Shown here: piece by piece, positions 1-9,334 of the stretch
Layout: each line of letters starts with the position of its first letter
Position numbering within the stretch: position 1 is the first letter of the stretch
DNA from: a virus
Lineage: Duplodnaviria > Caudoviricetes
Virus record (IMG/VR): IMGVR_UViG_3300027800_000347
Span: 1,548 to 65,547 of that record
Direction: 5' to 3' (one strand)
DNA length: 64,000 nt
Made by a program: the position numbers and the translations under genes
Notes under the pieces: model-generated
What the model saw: only the letters and a program-made list of their open reading frames with translations
Database searches by the model: none
What the model was told of the DNA's origin: nothing

Positions 1-458
1 TACATGTCCCCTATGAACGCTGCCGGATCATATGACATAAAACGCAAGTCATCTCCCATGCGCAGGCCAAGTTCTACAGCATCTAGATTGTTTAAGTAAC
101 ACCGCGCCGCCTCGACCACCTTGCGGAGCCGGTCGATTTCGGCCAACATTCCACCGAATGTCCCCAGAGCATCGCTTCCGTCTTGCAGGGTTATGCCGTG
201 AACCTCTTGAAATTCAGCGTAGAACCGCTTCACCTCGTTGAATTTGCTTTCCACGTCGCGAAGCCGGACAACCTCTGCTTCTTTGGTGGCATCGCGTGAT
301 AGGGCGTTCCATGCGTCAATGGCATCCTGTGCATGGATTTCACGATGACAATCATTACACCACGCGCAGGGCAAATGAGTCCAAGGCCGGTCAGTATTAT
401 CATCGGAAAGGACATCGTTGCTTTTACACCATGGACAGGGAAGCAGCTTCTCGCTCAT
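1..458 (-). CDS. Lar-like (restriction alleviation) zinc-binding protein, runs off the left edge
   Basis: Manual translation from ATG at 458: MSEKLLPCPWCKSND...CAWCNDC...AIDAWN, open to position 1; LLPCPxC...AIxAWN is typical of Lar-family proteins. Confidence 0.55.
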   Translation of the reverse strand, partial: MSEKLLPCPWCKSNDVLSDDNTDRPWTHLPCAWCNDCHREIHAQDAIDAWNALSRDATKEAEVVRLRDVESKFNEVKRFYAEFQEVHGITLQDGSDALGTFGGMLAEIDRLRKVVEAARCYLNNLDAVELGLRMGDDLRFMSYDPAAFIGDM

Positions 459-490
459 GACTTGTCCTCCTTCGCCAAGGCGGCGGCTCA

Positions 491-1372
491 TTACGGCCTC
501 TGGTCCCACACCCGGCCGTCCAGGATGGACATCTTCGTCACGCGCCCGTCGTCGCCCGGACCCTGCTTGTAGAAGAACGGCACGCCCGCCTCGACGCACT
601 GATCCTTGAGGGAACGCGCCCACTCGATATCTATGGGGCGCGCGCCCGGGCCTGACTCGGAACCGCAGATGATCCAATCCACCAGTGGAGCGCCACCCAC
701 GTATTCGTGCAGACCGCCGTAGGATACTCCGGTCATTTCCGGCGGCGACAGCAACTCGCCGCAGTCCACCGCCCCCAACATCGGCTCCACGCTGACAAAC
801 CGCTTTGCCGCCGGGGTGTCGAGCAGGATGGGGGCGCGGTAGTCGAACATGGCCTGGTTCTCCGCCGTGACGCCAAGCCAGACGTTGGGGAGGGGCCATG
901 GGACGTGTGCCGGGGCACCTGTGCTGCCAGATGGTGCGCCCATCAAATACGCAAAGTTCACGCCGGTAAACGCCGGTTTTTGAACTCTGGAGGTTATGTA
1001 CTCCCTCATCCCATCCGGCCTCTTCGTCAAAAGCAAAAAGGTGTGCTGCTGGCACAGGGCCATGACCGCGAAAATGCGGTCCAGCCATTCGTCGGGCGTC
1101 TCCCGGTGGAAAAGGTCGGTCATGGACCCGACGAAAATGCGGCAGCCCTTGCGCCACGTGAGCGGCTGCTCCAGTGCGCTTTCGACCAGCCGCGTCTTGC
1201 CGTTCCATGACTTCCCGTCCAGGCTCGTCACGTCCTGGTACTGCGGCGTCTGCGGGTTCAGCGCCAAGCGGCACGCCATGCGTTCTGCATAACAGTTGTC
1301 GCAGCCGGGAGAGACTTTTGAACAGCCGATGATAGGGTTGATCGTGCGGTCTGCCCATTCAATTTTGGTCAT
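491..1372 (-). CDS. Phage Gp37/Gp68 (DUF5131) radical-SAM-like protein
   Basis: MTKIEWADRTINPIIGCSKVSPGCDNCYAE; IFVGSMTDLFH; LLTKRP; NVWLGVTAENQ; FVSVEPMLG; DWIICGSESG; PFFYKQ. Confidence 0.9.
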   Translation of the reverse strand: MTKIEWADRTINPIIGCSKVSPGCDNCYAERMACRLALNPQTPQYQDVTSLDGKSWNGKTRLVESALEQPLTWRKGCRIFVGSMTDLFHRETPDEWLDRIFAVMALCQQHTFLLLTKRPDGMREYITSRVQKPAFTGVNFAYLMGAPSGSTGAPAHVPWPLPNVWLGVTAENQAMFDYRAPILLDTPAAKRFVSVEPMLGAVDCGELLSPPEMTGVSYGGLHEYVGGAPLVDWIICGSESGPGARPIDIEWARSLKDQCVEAGVPFFYKQGPGDDGRVTKMSILDGRVWDQRP

Positions 1373-1601
1373 GATGTTCCTCGAATTTATACAATTCACC
1401 CAACAGCGAAAACTCTCCCACGGACAGCTTCCGCAAAGACACCCATTGCCCGTCAGGATGTTTGTAAAGCAGCCAGCCATAGAATCGCGCATCTTTGTTC
1501 ACCCCGACTGCGTACTGATCGGGAACGACTTCGCGAACATCGCCGCTTGCGACGGGATCATAGCTCAGGCCCAGGGGATCAACAGATTGGGAATCAGCCA
1601 T
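1359..1601 (-). CDS. Hypothetical phage protein
   Basis: Closely packed ORF in the leftward operon (MADSQSV...). Confidence 0.55.
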   Translation of the reverse strand: MADSQSVDPLGLSYDPVASGDVREVVPDQYAVGVNKDARFYGWLLYKHPDGQWVSLRKLSVGEFSLLGELYKFEEHHDQN

Positions 1602-2304
1602 GATGCTCCTCCGTCCTCCCGGCCTGCTCGACGGCGTAGGCCCAACACCAGGGGTTTCCCGGGACTCCAAGTCCCCGGTGAGAGTGGTGGAAGTTCCAAA
1701 TGGCGTGCGCGTTATCAAGAAGACTGTCGCCTTCGGGGAACGAGTGCTTTGCGCCGGGCCAGTTTTTGAGGATGCCCCACGCCTTCGCATCCTCTTCGGT
1801 CATCTCCTGGACCCGCTTGACGGTCACGGCCAGGGTCTTGACGTAGGAGCGGACGGCCCACGCGGGCATCGTGGCCGGGGAGCGCCAATACAACGGGGCT
1901 TCCCCTGGTTCCCATCTGTGTGTCCCGTCAGTGGGCAGGATTCCCTTCATCCCGAGTTCAAACAGCGTCTGATTTCGCAAGCCCAGCGCCTCACTCTCGT
2001 CCGGGCATAACACCCATGGCGTCCGCTTCAATTCCGGGCTTGCCTTGTAGTCCAAAGCGAAACGAGAATCGTCTCTCCACGCCCCAATGCGCCACGCCTC
2101 CCGGCACGCCAGCACGTCGCCGGGATCGTAGTCCGGGCATGCGTATCCAGTCTCTCCGTTGTGCCACACCTTGAGCCGGACACCGTCCCAATTTATTACA
2201 TGGTCAGGTTGTACAGGTAGGGGCCTCCAAATCTGCCGCAGCGTCCCTGTTGCGGCGGCGCGCGCCTCGTGCGGGAAGAGGATAACTGTACGTGTTTTTT
2301 CCAT
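1594..2304 (-). CDS. ASCH-like conserved phage protein
   Basis: WRSPATMPAWAVRS...VKRVQEMTEEDAKAWG...NPWCWA resembles the common phage motif WRPSIHMPRWASR...VERLQDISEEDA...NPWVW. Confidence 0.7.
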   Translation of the reverse strand: MEKTRTVILFPHEARAAATGTLRQIWRPLPVQPDHVINWDGVRLKVWHNGETGYACPDYDPGDVLACREAWRIGAWRDDSRFALDYKASPELKRTPWVLCPDESEALGLRNQTLFELGMKGILPTDGTHRWEPGEAPLYWRSPATMPAWAVRSYVKTLAVTVKRVQEMTEEDAKAWGILKNWPGAKHSFPEGDSLLDNAHAIWNFHHSHRGLGVPGNPWCWAYAVEQAGRTEEHHG

Positions 2305-2475
2305 TACAACATCCTGGCCTGACTGATTGTGAACGGCCCGAATCGCAAAAACCACATAGTATGACCGTTTTCTTTCGCTGCCTCTGTCAATTTGTGGTTA
2401 TGAAACCGCATTCCCCAACAAAATGGATGGAATCTTACGGACACCGAAAACGCACTGACCGGATACTTGATGGTC

Positions 2476-2715
2476 TTACCCATGATCTTCCCCCAAGAAT
2501 GGCTTCATGGCCGTGTACAGCACGTCGGCCAGCGGTTCGGGGCCATAAGCGTTGTGGAGGTGCTGATGTGCAGTGGAATACGCAGACACTACGCAGTCCA
2601 TCTCGCCTCCCATTCCGCCAGCGGACATGTACTGGATTTGCACAGCAAGCCGATGCTCACTCGCCAGTTGGAAAAGCTCCCCCAGGCCGTAGGGTGACTT
2701 CGTGATCTCATTCAT
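2476..2715 (-). CDS. Hypothetical phage protein
   Basis: MNEITKSPYG..., GGGGAGG RBS, overlapping operon packing. Confidence 0.5.
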   Translation of the reverse strand: MNEITKSPYGLGELFQLASEHRLAVQIQYMSAGGMGGEMDCVVSAYSTAHQHLHNAYGPEPLADVLYTAMKPFLGEDHG

Positions 2716-2941
2716 GGCTGTCCTCCCCGACCATTTTGCCCGGCTGGGAAAGATGGTCCGTTGCCTCGCGGTAAGCCTTAGTTTTCTTGCACCGCGCACA
2801 TGTGACATTTTTAGCCAACAACGCGACCAGCAACCGGGGAAACTTGTTGCGGTTCCAAAATGTGCCACACGCGACCCGTTCCATCCTGCCGATGTCAAAA
2901 TGCACCACGGGCACGGGGTTGGGGGATGGTGAGATGGTCAT
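2708..2941 (-). CDS. Hypothetical protein with Cys motif (ACG...VTCARC)
   Basis: ATGA overlap with the upstream ORF; H/C pattern shared with 2938..3357. Confidence 0.5.
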   Translation of the reverse strand: MTISPSPNPVPVVHFDIGRMERVACGTFWNRNKFPRLLVALLAKNVTCARCKKTKAYREATDHLSQPGKMVGEDSHE

Positions 2942-3357
2942 TTTTTGGCCGCCTCCTTCCACTGCTTGCTCTCCAGGCAGGCCGGGCACGTCACGGCGGT
3001 GTGAACGTAAGTTGTGCGTCCCGACGTGCCGCCAACAACCTGCTGGCACAGACCGTTATTATAGTGCGAAAGTAGGCCGCATGCCGTGTAGCAAGAATAT
3101 CCATGAAGAAAGTGTGTCGTATTTACGTCGTCAAGCTCGTCCCCCGGTAACGATACTATATTCGCCCCGTCAGCGATGGAGAATCCAATGTGACGGCACA
3201 CCGTTCGGAACGCCGTGCAAAACTCGTTGTCGTTCTGCTCACACCACAGGTGATGCTCAATCCCCATCATCCATCCTGCGCACCACGTCTCTTCGCTGTA
3301 CTGTGACGCAGCGGCACCCAGGATCACGGCGAATGCCTGCTTTTCGGCATCGGTCAT
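2938..3357 (-). CDS. Hypothetical phage protein (TACG...VTCPAC zinc-binding motif)
   Basis: ORF track; 4-bp overlaps with neighbours. Confidence 0.6.
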   Translation of the reverse strand: MTDAEKQAFAVILGAAASQYSEETWCAGWMMGIEHHLWCEQNDNEFCTAFRTVCRHIGFSIADGANIVSLPGDELDDVNTTHFLHGYSCYTACGLLSHYNNGLCQQVVGGTSGRTTYVHTAVTCPACLESKQWKEAAKK

Positions 3358-3779
3358 GACTTCTCTTCCTCCTTCCGCTCTCCTATGACTCGCTGAATCT
3401 CTTCAACTGTCGGAAGATCGTCTCCGGTGAAAGTGAACAGCTTTTCAACATCCACAATGTGTTTGTCTGGCGGGGAGCTATAAATACTTATATCGGTGAT
3501 ACGCAAAACGAAAAATATAGTAGGCAGGTTTGGAAACCATTTGTATTCTGGCGCTATTACAAAATCACCGATTTTCGGTATTTGTGCGCTTACCATTTGC
3601 ACCACGTCTTCAAACATGGCCTGGAATATACGCCCGTGTGTATTCCACCTGTGGTCATGCACGGCAGAATGGCGCGTGGGCGGCTCTTCCTTGCGGAAGA
3701 GGTTTGTGACCTTGCGGAGCAGGCTTACCTTGGGTGGTTTGTACAAAACGCTAACGATCTCCACGGGTCGCCTCCCCAT
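3354..3779 (-). CDS. Hypothetical phage protein
   Basis: C-terminal part of ORF 3354..4067; start inferred at MGRRPVEI. Confidence 0.5.
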   Translation of the reverse strand: MGRRPVEIVSVLYKPPKVSLLRKVTNLFRKEEPPTRHSAVHDHRWNTHGRIFQAMFEDVVQMVSAQIPKIGDFVIAPEYKWFPNLPTIFFVLRITDISIYSSPPDKHIVDVEKLFTFTGDDLPTVEEIQRVIGERKEEEKS

Positions 3780-4026
3780 CCATCTTCTTCTCCCACCTTT
3801 CGGCGCAGTCCGGACACAACGGCCCACCAGGATGCCTGACGTAGTATAGGTGCTCACTACAAAAATACTCATCACAGTAGTCGTCACCGTCGCCGTGCAT
3901 CCCGCCGCATGCGTTGTCCAGGCCTCGGTGTATGGGCTTGCCGCATCCCGGGTAGTCACACGTCCCGGGGTGGTTGTACCCGATTGGCCTGCCTCGGCTG
4001 TCTTCTCCGCAGTTTCCCCATCCCAT
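3751..4026 (-). CDS. Small Cys/His-rich phage protein
   Basis: MGWGNCGEDSRGRPIGY...CDYPGC...CGGMHG...C..YFCSEHL...CPDC; GGAGGA RBS. Confidence 0.7.
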   Translation of the reverse strand: MGWGNCGEDSRGRPIGYNHPGTCDYPGCGKPIHRGLDNACGGMHGDGDDYCDEYFCSEHLYYVRHPGGPLCPDCAERWEKKMDGEATRGDR

Positions 4027-4416
4027 GCCATCCTCCTTTGTCCTCGCCTCATCCCGCCCCAGGACATTCCCGGGGCGAGGGAGGGGAGGGCGCTACCGCA
4101 AATCGTCGCGCAGGGCCGAAGCGGCGGCCGCCAGGGCGAAATATTTCGCCTTGTCGCCGGGGTTGTCGGCCCGCTCGTGGGCGTTCAGGGCCTTCGACTC
4201 GATGTCGCGGATTTCTTCCTGGGACATGATGTGACTCCTTGGTTGAGGTTGGGGGCGCTACCGCTGCCCGCAAAACGGACATTCCTTGAACCGATGCGCG
4301 GTCTTGCAGTGCTTGCAGGCGTGCGCCCTGGACTTGCCGCCTTTCGGCCCCATCTTGACGGCGTTGATGCGCGCGAAGTCCTTTTGCTTCCTGGGCTTGG
4401 CTGGCTTGCTCATGGA

Positions 4417-5268
4417 TCACGCCGCCCGCTTGGTCCCGTTGGCGGCGAAACGGATCTTCGTCGCGTCCGGACCTTTGCCCACGGTGATTTCGCTGACGCC
4501 CTTCGCGCGCAGCGTCTCCTCCAGGACCTTCCCGGCGATGCCGAAGGCCTCTTCCATGGGGTCCGGGGTGGGTTCGACCATTTTGAGCTGGAACGCCTGG
4601 GCGCACTCGCGCTGCGTGATGACCGTGCCGTCCGTGGCCAGATGCAGGCGGCCGCCGGTTGCCTGGGCAGGGACTTCGGCCGCGACCTCGGCGCAGATGA
4701 CCATGGCGTCGTAGTCCGCCTGATCCTCGGTGCAGGCCAGTTTGACCTTGACGTTGCCCTTGTATTTGTTGCCCCGGCGCGACTTGAGGTCGTAGGCCAC
4801 GGTTTGCAGGGCCTGGGCGATGGCCGCCACGGTTTCGCCCTTGTCGATGTCGAGCAGGACCAGGATGTCCCGGGCTTTGCAGGACAGGTCCGGCGGCAGA
4901 TTGGCGCGCTTGAGTTCATCCAGCAGTTCGCCAAGCTCCCCGGCGTAGTCCATGACCTCGGCCTCGAGTTCGGAAACCCGTGCTTTCATGGCGTCCATGG
5001 CCCGGGAGGCGTCGGCGCGGTCCATGACGGACTCGACCAACGCGGACGTGGCCACTTCGGCCTCAAAGGGGGGCGTGGCGTACACGCCAGCGGCGAAGCT
5101 GGCCAGGGGTTGGGCCGGAGACGCAGGCGCGATGCGGGCCGTCTGCGTGGGTTTGGGCGCCGTCTGGACGTTGCCCTTGACGGCGGTCGTAGGCCTGGCT
5201 TTCGTGGCCCTGGTGATGGCGTGCAGGGGCGGGGCCTGCGGCGCGGGACTCGGTTCGGTGTTCAGCAT
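4417..5268 (-). CDS. Hypothetical phage protein
   Basis: 283-aa ORF with GGAGG RBS and a coiled-coil middle region. Confidence 0.65.
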   Translation of the reverse strand: MLNTEPSPAPQAPPLHAITRATKARPTTAVKGNVQTAPKPTQTARIAPASPAQPLASFAAGVYATPPFEAEVATSALVESVMDRADASRAMDAMKARVSELEAEVMDYAGELGELLDELKRANLPPDLSCKARDILVLLDIDKGETVAAIAQALQTVAYDLKSRRGNKYKGNVKVKLACTEDQADYDAMVICAEVAAEVPAQATGGRLHLATDGTVITQRECAQAFQLKMVEPTPDPMEEAFGIAGKVLEETLRAKGVSEITVGKGPDATKIRFAANGTKRAA

Positions 5269-5336
5269 GGTTTTTCCTCCTGGATTTTTGTCTTCCTTCC
5301 CGGCCAGGAGGTTCCCGGCCGGTTGGAAGGCAGGGG

Positions 5337-5621
5337 CTACTGCCCCAGGGCTTCTTTGCCCGGTTGAAGGACCGTGATCTTCAAGGCCCGCTTGGCCGGA
5401 ACCTGGACTGGCTCCCCGGTGCGCGGATTTCGCCCGGCGCGGGCCTTGCGCTCGATGACCTTGATCCTGGCGAGGCCGAACAGGTTGATCTCTTCGCCGC
5501 CACGGATGGCGTCGCTAAAGATTCGGCCCAGGGCGTCGTAAACATCGAACGACGCCGGGACGGTCATCCCGGTCTTGGCGCGCAACTCATTGGCGATTCC
5601 CGCTTTGGTATTGACGTTCAT
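5337..5621 (-). CDS. HU/IHF-family DNA-binding protein
   Basis: GEEINLFGLARIKVIERKARAGRNPRTGEPVQVPAKR is the HU signature arm. Confidence 0.9.
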   Translation of the reverse strand: MNVNTKAGIANELRAKTGMTVPASFDVYDALGRIFSDAIRGGEEINLFGLARIKVIERKARAGRNPRTGEPVQVPAKRALKITVLQPGKEALGQ

Positions 5622-5629
5622 CCTTCCCC

Positions 5630-5845
5630 CTATCTCCCGGACCTCAAGGCCCGGAGGTTGATGTTCTCCCGGTAAAAGCCCGGGCAGTGGCCTAAGTGAA
5701 TTTTCCCGCACACCGGGCACCGATACGGCTTCTGCCCCCATGTCATTTCCGCTGGCAGGCTGTTCAGGCACTTCCAGGCCCCCTCGATGGTCTGGAAGGT
5801 CCGCTTGCGGCCGCACTTACGCCGCTTGTGACGTTTGCTGGCCAT
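5630..5845 (-). CDS. Small zinc-finger phage protein
   Basis: KCGRKRTF...PYRCPVCGKIHLGH. Confidence 0.6.
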   Translation of the reverse strand: MASKRHKRRKCGRKRTFQTIEGAWKCLNSLPAEMTWGQKPYRCPVCGKIHLGHCPGFYRENINLRALRSGR

Positions 5846-5941
5846 GGGCTTCCCTCCGTTTGGCCTCGGCCTCTGCCCGGGCCTTGTCGAAGATCCTTGC
5901 GATGCGCACGGCGGCTTGGTCGATTGTGATGGGGCGGCGCT

Positions 5942-7768
5942 TCATAGCCATGCCTCGGCCACGAACCGGGACACCGGGGACTCGTACAGGCGCATCTGGC
6001 CGTCATGGCCCGGCTTTTCGGACCGCTCCGGACGCACCGCCATAAGCAGCACGTCCCGCGCGCGGGTGATGGCCACATAGGCAAGCCGCCGTTCTTCCTC
6101 GATGTCTCCGGACCTCACGGCGCGTTCGCTCGGCAAAATGCCCTCGTTGCATCCGGCCAGGATCACGCACGGCCATTCCAGGCCCTTGGCGCCATGGATG
6201 GTGGCCAGGGTGACGACGCCGGGGCCTTCGGAGTCAGAGGGGGGGATTTCGTCCTGCACGTCGTAGGTGGAGAGCCAGTCCAGGTAGGCGGACACGGATT
6301 CGTGGCCCATCGGCGCGCCCTGACTCCATTCTTCAATGAAGACGAAAGCCGGGTGCGGCGGATTATCCTGGCCGGAACAAAGAAGATCGTCGAGCGTCGC
6401 GGCCACGTCGAAGGCGTCGGCGTCCGGACCATCTATCCCGGCAAAGAACAGGCTGTGCCGCCCATCGCCGGAGTTCGCCAACCACGCCTCCAGGTGGCCG
6501 ATGTCCAGTTGCACGGCCAGGGCCCGGACGGCGGAATACTCCTCGGGCGAAAGCCCGATGGCGTCCTTGATGAGCATGAAGGCGAAATTGTCCCTGGGGT
6601 TCACGACCAGCTTGAGGAAGGCATGGAACCGCCGGAACTCTTCGGAGTTGGTCAGGGCGGCCTTGCGCCCCACGTAGAGGTACGGCACTCCCAAAGCGTC
6701 CAGTTCGTCGGCCACGCGCCCGAGCAGGGCATGCTTGCGGGCCAGGACGGCGATGTCGCGGGGAGCACTTCCTTCTGCGATGGTCAGGCCGACACATTGG
6801 GCGGTACGGGCGCTATCCATCCCGGGAGCACGGCCAATCCGCGTGGACGCCTTCCGGCACGCCTGCATCGTCACCGGAAGCCGCATCAGGTTGTGCTCGA
6901 TCAGCCTGTTTGCCGATTCGACGATGCCGACACCGGAGCGGTAATTCCGCTCCAGCCTCAAAACATGGAAGGTGTCAGCATTCTCAAGGAGGTATTCCGG
7001 AGCGGCCCCACGCCATTGATAGATGGCCTGACTGGTATCTCCGACCGCAAACAGCGTGGCCGGAAGGTCGCGGGCCATGGACTCCAGGAGGCCCCATTGC
7101 AGCCGGTCCAGGTCCTGCACTTCGTCCACCAGGACGTGCCGCCAGCCGAGGTATTGCTTGACCAGGGGCAGAAGCAGCATGAAGCCGGTCAATATGCCGC
7201 CGTAGGTCAGGGCGTTATTCTCGCGGCAACGGCCCATGAAGGCGTTGAACAGGTTGAAGGCCGGATCAAATTCGGCCGGTTCGATGCCCGTGGCGTAGAA
7301 GTCCGAAAAGGCCTTATCCACGGCCTTTTTCGGGGTCTTCCAGGTCTTTCCCTTGAGGGCACCGACCTCCGTGGCCACCGTGCGCAGCAGGAAATCCTCT
7401 TCCCACTCCGAATAGACGGTGATCTGCCCGGGGCGCAGACCGATCAACTCCCCGAACCGCTGGAGCTGATGCAGGGCCAGGGCGTGCATGGTGCCCATGG
7501 TCACCCGGTAGGCGGCGCTGCCGATGCGGGCCACGAGGCGCTCCCGCATCTCGCCAGCGGCTTTCCGGGTGAAGGTGACGGCCACGATTTCGGACGGCGA
7601 GGCGTGGCATTGCTCGATCAGGGAGGCGATCCGTTCCGTGAGCACGCGGGTCTTCCCGGAACCGGCCCCGGCCAGGACCAGGGCGCGCCGGGCGTCCGTG
7701 GTCACGGCGGCAAGCTGGTCCGGGTCCAGGCTTGGGCGGGTCGGGCACGAGGGATTAAGCGTTTCCAT
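5942..7768 (-). CDS. UvrD/Rep/PcrA-family SF1 helicase
   Basis: LVLAGAGSGKT, VTFTRKAA, LVDEVQD, VGDTSQAIYQWRGA, LERNYRS, TIHGAKGLEW, EEERRLAYVAITRAR. Confidence 0.95.
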   Translation of the reverse strand: METLNPSCPTRPSLDPDQLAAVTTDARRALVLAGAGSGKTRVLTERIASLIEQCHASPSEIVAVTFTRKAAGEMRERLVARIGSAAYRVTMGTMHALALHQLQRFGELIGLRPGQITVYSEWEEDFLLRTVATEVGALKGKTWKTPKKAVDKAFSDFYATGIEPAEFDPAFNLFNAFMGRCRENNALTYGGILTGFMLLLPLVKQYLGWRHVLVDEVQDLDRLQWGLLESMARDLPATLFAVGDTSQAIYQWRGAAPEYLLENADTFHVLRLERNYRSGVGIVESANRLIEHNLMRLPVTMQACRKASTRIGRAPGMDSARTAQCVGLTIAEGSAPRDIAVLARKHALLGRVADELDALGVPYLYVGRKAALTNSEEFRRFHAFLKLVVNPRDNFAFMLIKDAIGLSPEEYSAVRALAVQLDIGHLEAWLANSGDGRHSLFFAGIDGPDADAFDVAATLDDLLCSGQDNPPHPAFVFIEEWSQGAPMGHESVSAYLDWLSTYDVQDEIPPSDSEGPGVVTLATIHGAKGLEWPCVILAGCNEGILPSERAVRSGDIEEERRLAYVAITRARDVLLMAVRPERSEKPGHDGQMRLYESPVSRFVAEAWL

Positions 7769-8348
7769 GGTCAACCCCCATCTCCACCACGTCCCAGCCC
7801 TCGGGAACAACGGACGGCACATGACAGGTGTTGACGATCAGCGCCGCCCCGGGGTTGGTGGCAGCGATGTGTCCCAGAGCCCCGGCCAGCCGGGCTTGAT
7901 CCAGTTCGGCCGCCTCCAGGATCAAGAGCCTGTGCGGGGCCGCGCCAAGCAGGGCATGGGCCAGGGCCGCCTCAAAAAGCACCTTTTCCCCGCCGGAGAG
8001 CCCGGCATGGGGCGTGACCCGGCCTTCCAGTTCCCATGCCAGGGTGACGCCGCCGTCTTCTTCGATGCGCAGAACGGCTTTCCCGTCCGGCAGGATGGCG
8101 CCCATGGTTTCCGCCAGCTTGGCGCACGATCCGGCCACGGCCCAGTCCTTCTTCTTCCGCAGTTCCTCAAGGGCCTCTTTGGCCTCGCGTCCGGCTTTCG
8201 CGGCGGCTTCGGCGTTGACCCGCTGGGTTTCGGCGGTTTCGTCCATCCCCTTGGCCTTTTGGAACAAGGCGAGTTCCCCGCGCAGGGTGCGCAGGCGCTC
8301 ATCCATGCCCTTGGTCTGGGCTTCCATGATGTCGGTGTCAGCGATCAT
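7755..8348 (-). CDS. SMC/Rad50-like ABC ATPase, C-terminal half
   Basis: Coiled coil, then signature LSGGEK, Walker-B-like LLILEAAELD and H-loop IVNTCH. Confidence 0.75.
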   Translation of the reverse strand: MIADTDIMEAQTKGMDERLRTLRGELALFQKAKGMDETAETQRVNAEAAAKAGREAKEALEELRKKKDWAVAGSCAKLAETMGAILPDGKAVLRIEEDGGVTLAWELEGRVTPHAGLSGGEKVLFEAALAHALLGAAPHRLLILEAAELDQARLAGALGHIAATNPGAALIVNTCHVPSVVPEGWDVVEMGVDHGNA

Positions 8349-9334
8349 GCCGCGACCTCCCGGGGCTGGCCCTGGCGGGCCTTGGCCAGTTCGGATTTGA
8401 TGACCATGCGCGCCGCGCAGACCTCGCACCCGGCCCGGGCCATGGCGGCAAGGATGCGCTCAAGGATGGCCGCCACGTCGGGGGCGTCGGAAGCGGAGGG
8501 GGCGGGCTTGGCGTAGGATTCGAGCGGCGGCGGAGGCGCTATGGTCGAACGGGCCTGCCCCCGCCATGCGTCGGGCGACTCGGCGGCCGGGGCCGCTTGC
8601 TGCGGCGTAGGCGCCATGGATCCTTGCTGTGCAGCCTGCCGCTTCGCGGCCTCGGCCTGTTCGTCGGCCCTGGCCGCTTCGATCCTGGCGGCGTGCAGGT
8701 CTTCCCTTGCCTGCTTCAGTTCCGCTTCGACCGTCGCGACTTCGGCGGCCTTGTCGGCCAGGGTTCCGGCGGGCAGTTCAAGGCGGGCCTTCTGCGCCTG
8801 GATGGCCGAAATGACGGACAGGGCCTCGCGCTCCTTGCGTTCGGCCTCGTTCGCCCTGGCCGTGGCCGCAGCGATCTTTTCCCCGATGTTCTTCACGTCG
8901 CCGTCCGGCGGGAAGAGGCGGAAGAGCTCGTCCACTTTCCGCTGGTCCGACAGGGCCAGGAAGACAGACAGGTCCACCACACCCACCCCGGCAAGCTCCC
9001 TGGCGAAATCGGCGGGCTTGGCCTTGGTGCCGCCTACGAAAAGCTCCTGCGAAACGGCGCCGCTTTTCGAGCGCGTGAAGCGGCGTTCGAGCTTCATGCC
9101 CCCGTCCAGGGTGATGCCGACGCGCATGTCTCTCCCCTTGCCGTCAAAGAATGCGTCCATGATGTCGGGGTTTCTTTTACCCGCGCCCGGCACGTAGCCG
9201 AGCACGGCGAGTTGCAGGGCCTGGGAACGGCTGGACTTGCCCGCGCCGTTCGGGCCGACCACGATGGCCCGCGCCCCCAAGGGGGCCGTGAATGTGGCCC
9301 CCTTGAAGTTGTGCGCATGGACGGCGGAAATCAC
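8345..9334 (-). CDS. SMC/Rad50-like ABC ATPase, N-terminal half
   Basis: VHAHNFKG, Walker A IVVGPNGAGKSS, long coiled coil, C-terminal CEVC. Confidence 0.8.
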   Translation of the reverse strand: MISAVHAHNFKGATFTAPLGARAIVVGPNGAGKSSRSQALQLAVLGYVPGAGKRNPDIMDAFFDGKGRDMRVGITLDGGMKLERRFTRSKSGAVSQELFVGGTKAKPADFARELAGVGVVDLSVFLALSDQRKVDELFRLFPPDGDVKNIGEKIAAATARANEAERKEREALSVISAIQAQKARLELPAGTLADKAAEVATVEAELKQAREDLHAARIEAARADEQAEAAKRQAAQQGSMAPTPQQAAPAAESPDAWRGQARSTIAPPPPLESYAKPAPSASDAPDVAAILERILAAMARAGCEVCAARMVIKSELAKARQGQPREVAA